From Haplodiscus bocki (taxonomy: Eukaryota), in contig OZ296649.1 of assembly GCA_965655095.1 (NCBI GenBank), positions 35,464,001 through 35,528,000 on the forward strand: a stretch of 64,000 nt of DNA, read 5' to 3'. Positions 1 through 9,600 of the stretch are shown here, in pieces; position 1 is the stretch's first letter; each line of letters opens with the position of its first letter. The notes beneath the pieces are model-generated. The model saw only the letters and a list, made by a program, of their open reading frames with translations, was not told the DNA's origin and ran no database searches. A program made the position numbers and the translations under genes.

Positions 1-1104
1 CACCTCGGAACTAAGATAGATTATCTATTTTTCCAAAGCTCGAGACTCCTCCAAGCGACGGAAATACAGCTCCTACAGAACCAATGTGAACAAGAGCGTA
101 CCCAGATCCTCACTAACCTGATGCTCGCTCTCGAGAATCCCCGATTAGCTGGCTATATGCTAACAGGAAACAGATCCATGTTCCTAGAAACAGACGGCAG
201 CCTTGCCTGGCTTTATCACTGTCCGAAGGTCCACTCTCCACTTCATACGATGAATCAGTGCTATGATAAGATACCTATACTCTACGAAGGTGAAATACGC
301 TTTGTTGACCCGATTACACGACAAACTTACCCTGATGCTGTTCAGCAAAATTGTTCAGATCGAATCAAGAACCTCTTCCAACTCGATATGGACCAAGAAG
401 ATTCCTGGTACACACTCACGCCTGGTATAGTACACCAGGACCGACCCGCTATCTTTGGACCTAAGAAAATAACACCGATGTCTGCGCAGTCTCTCAATGG
501 ATCACAGGATGCCGGCATGTATACAAGAAACGAACTCCGCGGCTTCTGGGACAACATTCTCATTAATGCCGCTTCAAGAACTGCGTTGAAAAAGTTCTCC
601 CAAAACTTGATTATTTACTCTAATTCGCCGGAAGGATCTGACGGATTCCACTATTACACTCCAAGGACTGAATTCCATGTGGATAAGATGATATCTCCAG
701 AATATTTCAAAGATCGATTCATGGATACTTTTGGACCAGTCGCATATTTCCTCGAGCACTGCGGAATCTACTTCTTCGTGTTTTTATTTTTTAAACTTAT
801 AATAGATGTTGTGGTTATGGTAATACGCCACTTAGAAATCTCTAGAATGACCGGTGCATCGCTTGGGTTCGGTAAGACCCTACTTAGTGCGTCGTACAAT
901 ATCTTTCTCACGTCCGTCTTGACTTCAATGTATGATCCACGCGCGCCTCCGCTTGCCGCGATGACGCAAGAAGAAATAACTCTTTGTCATGAGGAAGAGC
1001 TACATGATATGAGAGACACTCCTAAGAAAAAGGAGGAGCATATTTACCCAATCATGAGTCCGGCCCAATTTAACAAAGCCGTGACTCCAATTTCTCCAGT
1101 CTAA
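1..1104 (+). CDS. env: Envelope glycoprotein, class III fusion type (herpes gB / chuvirus G-like); 5'-truncated by the window edge
   Basis: Frame is open from base 1 (HLGTKIDYLFFQ...QNQCEQERTQILTNLMLALENPRLAGYMLTG...DGSLAWLYHC...QCYDKIPILYEGEIRFVDPITRQ...NC). The long helix with Cys, NP motif and C-Y-x-x-I-P / F-x-x-P-x-T-R pattern resemble gB/chuvirus glycoproteins. C-terminal TM segment (GIYFFVFLFFKLIIDVVVMVI) and cytoplasmic tail. Confidence 0.75.
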   Translation, partial: HLGTKIDYLFFQSSRLLQATEIQLLQNQCEQERTQILTNLMLALENPRLAGYMLTGNRSMFLETDGSLAWLYHCPKVHSPLHTMNQCYDKIPILYEGEIRFVDPITRQTYPDAVQQNCSDRIKNLFQLDMDQEDSWYTLTPGIVHQDRPAIFGPKKITPMSAQSLNGSQDAGMYTRNELRGFWDNILINAASRTALKKFSQNLIIYSNSPEGSDGFHYYTPRTEFHVDKMISPEYFKDRFMDTFGPVAYFLEHCGIYFFVFLFFKLIIDVVVMVIRHLEISRMTGASLGFGKTLLSASYNIFLTSVLTSMYDPRAPPLAAMTQEEITLCHEEELHDMRDTPKKKEEHIYPIMSPAQFNKAVTPISPV

Positions 1105-1126
1105 GTTTATCTTAATTCTTTTTTAG

Positions 1127-1747
1127 GCCCAATTACATTCAATCTTTCCCCCGTGTGACGATTGTCTTTCAGTCCTTTCCGACCCAGAAGACGATTTCCG
1201 ACCTCTTACACCTTCTGGCTTGGATCTTCCTACTAGCTCTGAAGTCACATTCTTATCTCCTATTGCCCCTTGCTCACAGATACCGTCTAATCCAGCTTCG
1301 CCTGATGAGCCGCCTTCCCTCACTTTGCTTTCGACTAGTCAGCCCCCAACTATAAACACTGACGTGGCTCCTATATTAATCGGCTCACAACTCCCAATAT
1401 CTTCACCCGAAGTTAGCCGATCCGAAGATACTTCAGAACTCCCTCCCTTTAGTTCCATTCTTTCTGACGTTCGACCTCTTTTATCACGGCCTAATCAACT
1501 CAAACTTAGACCTGATTCCGCTGTCTTGGGACGTCAACACCGCCGTGAATATTATACAAACCATGCACGCAGGATAAGACGCCCCCGCTTTAATCAACAA
1601 TTACAATACTGCCTTAAGCCAGAGTTCTGTAGGTGGGAAATAATCTTTTGGGATGGCAAACGTCAGGAGTATACAATTCAAAACACCTTTCTTCCCTCTC
1701 AGCGATTGGTAGTTCCACCACAAGCCATCACCGCACTTCCTCATTAA
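1127..1747 (+). CDS. Accessory ORF-A of the retroelement (Ser/Pro-rich N-half, Arg-rich C-half), no ATG; probably a spliced exon
   Basis: The frame of track ORF 1220..1747 is open back to 1127, immediately after cttaattcttttttAG (1111-1126). It contains no in-frame ATG. Its stop TAA (1745-1747) overlaps the next ATG. Confidence 0.5.
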   Translation, partial: AQLHSIFPPCDDCLSVLSDPEDDFRPLTPSGLDLPTSSEVTFLSPIAPCSQIPSNPASPDEPPSLTLLSTSQPPTINTDVAPILIGSQLPISSPEVSRSEDTSELPPFSSILSDVRPLLSRPNQLKLRPDSAVLGRQHRREYYTNHARRIRRPRFNQQLQYCLKPEFCRWEIIFWDGKRQEYTIQNTFLPSQRLVVPPQAITALPH

Positions 1748-3126
1748 TGTCGCTTAACCCTCTTGCGCCAGCTTTCCTCCCGCGTCATCAATCTTCATCT
1801 GACCCACCTCTTTCGTTATGCAACTCTAATACCATGAATCTTCCTCTGGCTCAATTAATTTGCGGAATGCCTCCACAAATTACTCCTTCTCATGCTCCTT
1901 CTATTAACCAACACATTGCTGACAACACTCTCCTCCTTCCTCTTCTCCAACCGATAAATCAGTTTACGAAGGACGCTGCCGCTTATAAATCAACTCCCGG
2001 ATCCTCAACACCCCTGCCCTCATCACTCCACCACCAGATGAAATGTCTCCAGGCAATTAACAATAGCATCCAACAGTTTAACCAACACTTGAAGGCCGAG
2101 AAACTAGACAGACAAATTTTACAGCTCGTTGTCCTTCAATTGCAAAATGACTTGGCTGTATTGCGCTACCTGCTCTCCTCCTCGACTGGGACAATCCCCA
2201 ACAAGGATGTTACCGTTAAAGACGCTGCTACTAGTCCTTCACTTGATATTACCGCTAACCCTAACCCTAATGCTAACCCTAACCCTAACCCTAGCTCTCA
2301 CTTTCCTTCCGCTTTCTCGCTTCCCGGCCCTAGAGCACCGACACTTCGCTGTTCTACCCCGGTGGGCGCTGTGGGGACAGCTAAAACAAAAACAAACAAC
2401 ACTGCAAACAACGATTTCCAACCCATACCCAACACGCAAGAAACCACGATACAGAACCTCACATCAAGAATTTGCAAATTGGAAAAACTGTTTGCCAATG
2501 AGGTATCAATGTACACATCAATCACTGCAGGGGTCCATTCTCAGTACTTTTTATTATGTGATAAAATTCGCCAGCTTGAACCTGGCAACTCAGATGTTAT
2601 TATTTGGAAAATCCCCTCAGTGAAGTTTGTCTTCGACTCTGCAAAGGTGGCCCGACCATCATCAGATCCACTCATCGAGCCAGCTACAAGTTTTAGCAGC
2701 CCCATCTTCAGGACCCACCCGCATGGCTACAATTTCTTCATCAAACTCTACCCGTATGGTATCGGACCCGCTACGGGTAAGTGTGCTTCGGTTCTATTCG
2801 CACTCTTCCCGGGAGGCTATGACAGTCTTCTCCAATGGCCCTTCACAAAGACTATTCATATCGGTATTCGAGACCAGCTGGACCCAATGAATACTTGGAC
2901 GAAGACAATCCTACCCGACCAACACCCAGCTTACAAGAAGCCAACAATGTCAACAAAAACTGGAGTTGCAACGATCCTAATCAATAACTTCATTCCCCAC
3001 TACAAACTCTTTAGTGAAACTGAAGGTTTTCTAATTGATGGTGCGAGTTCTGTAGAAATCAAATTTTCTGCTCCTCCTGTGCTGAAACCTCACATCCAAA
3101 CTTCCCTCCTTTTTCCTTTTCCGTAG
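1747..3126 (+). CDS. RING-less TRAF-like protein: PAM2-like N-terminus, coiled coils, C-terminal TRAF/MATH domain (459 aa from first ATG)
   Basis: About 2596-3066 encodes VIIWKIP...FSSPIFRTHPHGYNFFIKLYPYGIG...SVLFALFPGGYDSLLQWPFTKTIHIGIRDQ...AYKKP...FLIDG, matching the TRAF-C consensus (WKI, SPxFYT, GY, YDxLLxWPF, DQ, FKKP). Preceded by a heptad segment LTSRICKLEKLF...KIRQLE. First ATG at 1747; no introns. Confidence 0.88.
   Translation: MSLNPLAPAFLPRHQSSSDPPLSLCNSNTMNLPLAQLICGMPPQITPSHAPSINQHIADNTLLLPLLQPINQFTKDAAAYKSTPGSSTPLPSSLHHQMKCLQAINNSIQQFNQHLKAEKLDRQILQLVVLQLQNDLAVLRYLLSSSTGTIPNKDVTVKDAATSPSLDITANPNPNANPNPNPSSHFPSAFSLPGPRAPTLRCSTPVGAVGTAKTKTNNTANNDFQPIPNTQETTIQNLTSRICKLEKLFANEVSMYTSITAGVHSQYFLLCDKIRQLEPGNSDVIIWKIPSVKFVFDSAKVARPSSDPLIEPATSFSSPIFRTHPHGYNFFIKLYPYGIGPATGKCASVLFALFPGGYDSLLQWPFTKTIHIGIRDQLDPMNTWTKTILPDQHPAYKKPTMSTKTGVATILINNFIPHYKLFSETEGFLIDGASSVEIKFSAPPVLKPHIQTSLLFPFP
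2255..2293 (+). repeat. (CCCTAA)n telomere-type hexamer run inside the TRAF-like ORF, encoding ANPNPNANPNPNP
   Basis: ctaaccctaaccctaatgctaaccctaaccctaacccta. Confidence 0.85.
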
Positions 3127-3154
3127 AGCCCCTCAATCATTTTCACTTCCCTTT

Positions 3155-3164
3155 GAGCGGGGTG
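3155..3164 (+). other. Polypurine tract of the left LTR element
   Basis: gagcggggtg about 30 bp after the TRAF stop, directly followed by AGTTA. Confidence 0.65.
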
Positions 3165-4548
3165 AGTTATCGCGTTATACTTAACGCTTAAACGTTAATT
3201 AATTAAAAGATGATAAATTAAAGCTAACCTTTTGAAGGGACACTGCTGATGTTGTCGTAGGGCATAGAAAATGAATAAAAAAGCTGGAGATATAAACCAA
3301 TGGAGTTGCATAAATATTTTTTATAAAAAATTCTAACGCGAGCTTTTTTCCTATTGGCTCCTGCTGCCAATTCATGGCTGTTACAAGCTTTTTTCCTATT
3401 GGTTGCATGTCATGACAGCATGATGTTATTTTGGAGTCGATCTGGGAAACGGGCTTGAACATAACTCACTTTCCCGTTCAGCGGACGGGACGCCTTACTC
3501 CTCTTCTGACTTGCTTACCTTACTTCTCCCTTTCACTTGGACAAAATTATTCTAGGTCCAACTCCTCTTCTCTCTTCTCTCTTGGAGAAAATTTTCTAAG
3601 TCCAATTCCTCTTCTCTCTCCTCTTGCACGAAATTATTCTAAGTCCAACTCCAATTTTACAAAGATTTTCTAAGACAATTCTAAATTCTGTCTTAGTCGC
3701 AAAACCAATTCAATTCTACAAAATTTTTCTAAGACAATTCTAAATTCTGTCTTAGTCGCAAAACCAATTCAAATCTGCGAAAATTTTCTAAGTCCCAGCT
3801 TTCTTCTGACTTAGAAAAATTCCCTTCCTTTCATTTACCTTTTACATACTCTTGCCATTGGAGTCTAAACGATGTCCACTGACGCTAGCTTCGGCATTGG
3901 CGTGTGCGGGTTCCGTGGATGAACTTATGTTCTGAAGCTTGAGTGAATCTTAAATATGCACGACCCCCCACGAGGTTCTTAGGCAAAGAGAATTGACATT
4001 ACTCATAGATCATTCTCACCTCGTCTGCTTCCATGGTCTTTAGAATTTATTCTAAATTCCGAGTTATGGATTAAATACGCAGAAACCGTCCCTTCCTGAT
4101 TCCCATAATTCCATTCTTTGCTTTGATTTGAAATTTCCTACTCAATCCTTTCGCAAGTCAGATTCATAAGAGGAGAGTCCCTGAGTTATCAACAGATCAT
4201 CCAGTCCCATCGACGGTAACCGTTAGTTAAACAGTTTTCCTAGTTCAGACAGAGTATATCTCTCTGATCAATTTTAACATTTCATAAATCCCTTCCGTAA
4301 CACCCGCTAGACAAAGTTCTCGGTTGGAAAGAAAGGGACTAAGAAAATATCACCAGGTTACCGCCACAGAGCGAGTTATCACCTGAGTACTAGACAAAAT
4401 TAGAACAAATCAAACCCCGCCAATAAATCCGGTGACTTAATCACGGTTTGGGCAATCGGGAAAATAGGAGCACAACCGGTCGCTACGCTGAAGCCAGTAC
4501 CGAGTGTAGACCAAAGTACAAAAGGTTACATATAACATAACGTTAACT
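3165..4548 (+). repeat. Putative 3' LTR (~1.38 kb) with AGTTA...TAACT termini
   Basis: Starts agttatcgcgttatac; ends tataacataacgttaact (imperfect inverted termini). Contains repeated ttttcctattgg (reverse CCAAT) motifs, tandem repeats and aataaa near 4422. The partner LTR is not in the window. Confidence 0.6.
3530..3800 (+). repeat. Tandem repeats in the LTR: three ~45 bp units then two 59 bp units
   Basis: aaa(a)ttattctaggtccaactcc-like units at about 3543, 3588 and 3631; ttttctaagacaattctaaattctgtcttagtcgcaaaaccaattcaa at about 3666 and 3725. Confidence 0.8.
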
Positions 4549-5823
4549 AACAAAATAAAACAACAAAAAGCCAAAACTTCCCTAGAAAACAGGCCCAGAA
4601 AAACTAGAAGAACAAAAGTCTTCTATCTGGCCTACAGAAAAAAGAACTACTAGACATTACTTTACCTCCAAAAATTATCTCCATCAGTCATTGAGAGTTT
4701 TTATAAATAATATCTTACATTTTGTCATTTGAAATTTGTATGTCTTTTGATATTTTGGACTGATTTTATTTATACCCAAAAAATTGGAGATTTTATAATT
4801 TTCACATTATATCTTGATCGTTGCATAATTTGCGATCTTCATTTTTTCAGATGATTACATTTCTCGAATCTTCTGTCGTGGGTAAAAGTTGAATTTATGC
4901 TTGTTGGGGCTGTTTAAAATAAAGGGATTTAATGTTGAATCGTATAAGGGAAATGTTTTGTAAAATTGTATTTCAATAATAATTTTTGTTACTGCTGCTA
5001 AAATTATTCAAAGGGAGACTGAAATTTCCCTCGTTCCCACTTTTGCTACTATCACTAATGCGTGAATCATCATCCATTAGCGCAGTCCTTTCATTTCCCA
5101 TTTGATTATATTTGCTTCCCCGGTTGACTGAATAATTGATTATTTCATTTTCTATTTTCCCCTCATCGCTCATAAAGTCCTTGCTTTGAACTTACGCAAT
5201 CTTTGTTCGCGAGGCCTGCAAGGCACCTGAGAGTAGATCAATAAAAGCCCCTGAGACTTATTTTCATTAAACAAAACAACTGCTGCGGCGCCACGGCTGT
5301 ATTGATCTAGCTAACAAAAGGAATACTAATCACCTGCAGCACTCAGCTAGGAAGAAAATTGGAACTAGAGAAAGAATTAAATTCAAGCATTAGTAATATA
5401 ATGTTCCCCCCTACTCGGCCTGCGACAGAGTCAAGACTTCTACCAGTATGCAACTTGAGGAGTATGAAATACAATATTACGCATGAAAAATGCAAAACTA
5501 TGAAGGTAGATTTTTATAGCTGCCACGATGGGAATAAAAAACATGCATTTTTTTGAAACGCATAAAACAAAATCCGATCAATACGTTGATAACAGCTTTA
5601 TCTCATGGGCTGGATACTTAATTTAAGTACAAAAACTTTTCACGACATCTGATTTTTTGAATAAATCATAAATGGAGATTCATAACAGAACTGTCAGCAG
5701 TAATTTCTGGGAAGAGCACAAATACTAGGTCTTAGAAACTCCTATTGCAGTCTTTTGTTTATAGATAGTTTTAGTTTTATGAAATGTTATGGGGATGATG
5801 GTAAAACGGTCCCGCACACCCAC

Positions 5824-5952
5824 CTCTAACTTTTGATCGGAACTCTTCTGGTTTGTGGAGGTAGAGAGCAGCTGCGTCCCCGTTCAGAGGGTCTTGTGCA
5901 TTGGGGTACGTCAACAAGTGAGGAAGAAAGACTTCAAAGATATTGGACAGAT
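5824..5952 (-). CDS. UBE2H: UBE2H coding exon 6
   Basis: tttcag|AT CTG...AGA G|gtgggt; (D)[42 protein letters not shown]. Confidence 0.93.
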
Positions 5953-6179
5953 CTGAAACATCAGATGAACAATAGAAATGTTGAAACACAAAGATTTCCA
6001 ACAAAGAAGTTTCTCATTGATCTTGTACCCAACCACTTTTAGTAAACAAATTTGATACATATTTATCTCCATATGTAAAACTCAAACAGCATGGTGCTGT
6101 TGCGGTGCTGGATTAACCCGATTAACTTCAAGCTATCTCAGAAACTTCCAAAAAGCTTAGTTTATTATTTTCCACTCAT

Positions 6180-6673
6180 ATTTATAATACGGAAGGAAAA
6201 TCATCCACTCAAAACGCTCAAATCCGACGTGTTTTTACGCTGACTTGCCCATTGTGATATTGTCCGACTTGACGCTAGTGTCCGGTTCTGAGCTTGAATT
6301 TTTTTTTCATCACCAAATTATAGCAAATTTGCCGTAGAATACGACTGAAATAGTAAGACTACTTTCAAAACGTTCTAAGTTTGGGTTTTTTTGAAAAAAT
6401 AGATGTTTTTTTTTGAAAAAAACCTTGTTTTTCAAAATCCCTCAAGGTGGCAAATTTCCTGTAGAATGCGTATCTAATTATATTATTTCTTAAATGTCTT
6501 TTCTACTTTAACGGTGAGGTTTATTTTGCGAAAAATCAGAAAACTTTTGAATTTGGAAAAATTATAAAATATGATGCAGAGCACTTCGAAAAAAAACGCT
6601 TTGATCCTTTTAAACAGCATCTTTACCTAAATGGGAATCCGGAAAATATTCCGGTGATAGCGAGCCGTCTTGT
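6180..6673 (+). mobile_element. Non-autonomous Helitron-like repeat, copy 1
   Basis: Shares the start (tttataatacggaaggaaaat), internal gcaaattt.c.gtagaatgcg motifs and the end (ccggtgatagcgagccgtcttgt) with three other copies. Confidence 0.6.
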
Positions 6674-9600
6674 TTAAACTTGAGCGAATCCCTGTCATCC
6701 ATGACTTCAGAAAAGAGCTGACGTTTTGGATATTACTGGGAACCACAACGTCCGAACTAAAGATAATCCGTCGCCAAGAAGATATTGTCATAAATTTCCT
6801 ATACTTCCAGATGGCAGAAATGAGAGAATCAAAAAACAGGCGGGAAAAGTGGCTTCCTTGCGATGCAAAGAAGCTATTGTAAACGTAATTTAAGAGATGA
6901 AAACTCAAAAAAAAAGCAATAACAGCAAAATGAGAGCTCCAAATTGGTGAAGCTCCGACTAAAAACCACTAGAAAAAACAACCGACCAATAAAGTCTGTA
7001 ATTTGAAATACGATTTTCACATACTCTGCTCAAAGAGCACAAAAATGAAAATCACTCTAACCTCCAGCAATCTTCCTCCAATCGAAATCTTGGACGCTGT
7101 GTGACTCATTCCGAAAACTTTATCAGGTATTTATGACAAAACACTCCCAAGATACCAATTTATAGACGGAATAAAAACAAACATTTTTCCGTTTCTGCCT
7201 GTTCTTAGCCATAAAAATTATATTTCTCTTGTCTATTTCTAACACAAATTTCCAATGATTTCGTCCAGTTTCTAGAGCCTCATGAGAAAATATCCGAAAT
7301 AATAAATTGGCATTCTATGAGGGAAAAAATAAAAATTACCAATGGAAGATTAAAACAAGCTATCAAGTAAGGAAGACGTGCGGATAAAGCCACTGAAAGC
7401 TTCGATGAAGAAATACTATTCAAAAGGGCTAAGAACATCAGAAATGAAAAGATTTTTCCACGTTTTTAGAGCAAAAATTAGTGAAGCTTAACCCGAATTG
7501 CCATCAAAACCAATATTTAGATAGAAAACACTGTTGCGCTAATGCTCAAGTATCGATTTCATGTTCCTTGAATACCGAATATCTTCTGGATGATTACTGG
7601 ATCGCAGCACTGAAATCACAACTAATTGAGAGAACATTTTGAACGCATTTTACCCAAAAGTATGCTGAATTAGGAAATTCAGTGAAGCTTTTCGCGTTAA
7701 AACCACAAAAGCGATATCCTAGTCCTTCATTACATATTCCACCCAGCATGAAGTCGAATTAGCACTGGAAGATTAGCACAATACGATCATTAACTACACA
7801 GAAAATTTTAGGAAACGAAACGCAATTTGACTTTTGAAACCTTATGGTTCAATATTTGATTCACATATCAAAAGTACAGGAATTCGAACGTAAGCACTGA
7901 GTCAGAAACGTCTGTCCTGTACACTGAGCCAAATTTGACGTGAAATGTGTCACAGATGCAGTCCAAGGCCGCAACAATCAAATTTGATAATAATTTGAAG
8001 TAAGTTGTGCAAAAGAACACAAACGATTCATAGTTTCGATAAATTTCTATAAGTCTTGAGCTTTTCAGACTTGGAATATTTTTTTAGTTAGAATTCAAGA
8101 ATCTTTGTCAAGTGAATTTCTGAGAGGCGTTTTCAGAGAGAGCAAAGGAAAAGAGAAAAGAAGAACTATTGCCTCCTTCACGTTCCCCATTGTATCGTTG
8201 TGTTAATGTTAGATTATTTTCTTTCTAGCTCAGGACAGTTGTTCTGTCACGCGGCTTTTCCCTATTGGCTGAGCGTTAAAGGAATCGTCTTTCGCAATTT
8301 TATGCGAGCGCGTTGCTATTCGCTTAGACAATCTAAATGCTCGGATAACTCCTCTTCGGATATTATTTCTCTCTGAGTCTATCTCCCTGGATAATCTCCT
8401 TTAAGAAAATGAACTAAATTTAATAGGTAGCGCATTGCTGCAATACATGTATGCTAAATGTCTGAATTTTCCGTGCTTTATAAATTATTTGGCTGCATGC
8501 ATGCATGCATTTTGCATGTTTTATCTGTACGTCTCACTGGGGTAGTTTTCTGAGAACAACGAAATTTCTGTGTCACAACCAGCTTGCAACCACAGCGTTC
8601 AATTATTCAAATTTTGTATAAAGCTGTTTTTTCAAAGTCTAAGTTGGGCGTCAGGAAAGTTGCAGGGAAGTAGCACACCTGGGATGCTCAAAGATTCTTT
8701 TCAATTGAAAAAATGCGTTCCATTAGGGCAATTTCATGGGGAATTAGGCTAGAACTCCGTAATTGCCTACGCACAACCCTGCAATAAAATTAAAAGCGCT
8801 TTAGACAATTTTCAAGAAAGTTGCATGGTCCCAGGAAAATTTTTCGACGATATAAAAGGTACCAAAAATTCTCTATCTATGAAAAAAAACGGACGCTTAC
8901 AAAAGTTCCACTGAAAAGTGAAAATTTTCGCGAAGTTTAAAAACAAAACATCTAGACACATGAACATGAAAAATTCTAAACCGAAAATTCCAAAGCATAA
9001 AAGATTTCTTGAAAACGTATCCACAGTACTCGCTGCTGTTAGTTGAAGTACGTTCGAAAAAACGTTAATGTTGACAATAAAAAATGCTACACAGCACACA
9101 AGAATTTCAAGGAGGAACAATTTGTATCGAATGGGAAAAATGTTGTGAAAACAGTCGCCAACAATGCGAACAATTCTGTTTTAGTTTCTTCCATGTAAAA
9201 AATTGCAAAAAAGCAGCTTGTCGTTCACTTCAAAAAGAATCCAATGTCAATCAAGAGACGCGTTTTGGATCAGCGTAATGATAGTCGATAATTCTTGGTT
9301 GAATTAGGGATATGTAACAAGCATACAAAAAAGTTGATGACTCCACTTTACCAAAATGGAAGTTGGTATATCTAGATTAGAGCAGAAAACATCACGAACT
9401 TCACAGTGTTTATTTTCTAATAGACGCTTTAGTATTTTTACTTGAAAAAGCCCGACTATTACACTAATACAGTAACTTGGTCTGCTTTGACGGAAGATCT
9501 CACTGTACGACATTTTTCCATTCAACTAAAATTTTACGGCTTGACTGCTGGCGTCCAACAGAACTGTAGAACATACCAAAAAGCCTCCCAGTTAACATAT

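Larger units (their letters stand above)
1..4548 (+). mobile_element. 3' part of an enveloped LTR retroelement (env + two accessory ORFs + PPT + 3' LTR); gag/pol would lie left of the window
   Basis: Order: viral-type glycoprotein ORF, further ORFs, purine tract at 3155-3164, then a non-coding block with AGTTA...TAACT termini. No pol in the window, so the superfamily is inferred. Confidence 0.75.

Noticed and set aside
1633-1746. GTG-initiated N-terminal extension of the TRAF ORF in the track
   Set aside because: Eukaryotic context; the first ATG at 1747 coincides with the TAATG overlap and the PAM2-like start.
3530-3800. CRISPR-like array
   Set aside because: Tandem units without unique spacers, inside a eukaryotic LTR.
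4973-5173. Acidic/Ser-rich ORF as the UBE2H last exon
   Set aside because: No phase-1 acceptor in frame, an in-frame stop just upstream, and no EYxxKYA motif.
5953-6004. N-terminal part of track ORF 5777..6004
   Set aside because: Intronic; UBE2H similarity starts only after the acceptor at 5953.
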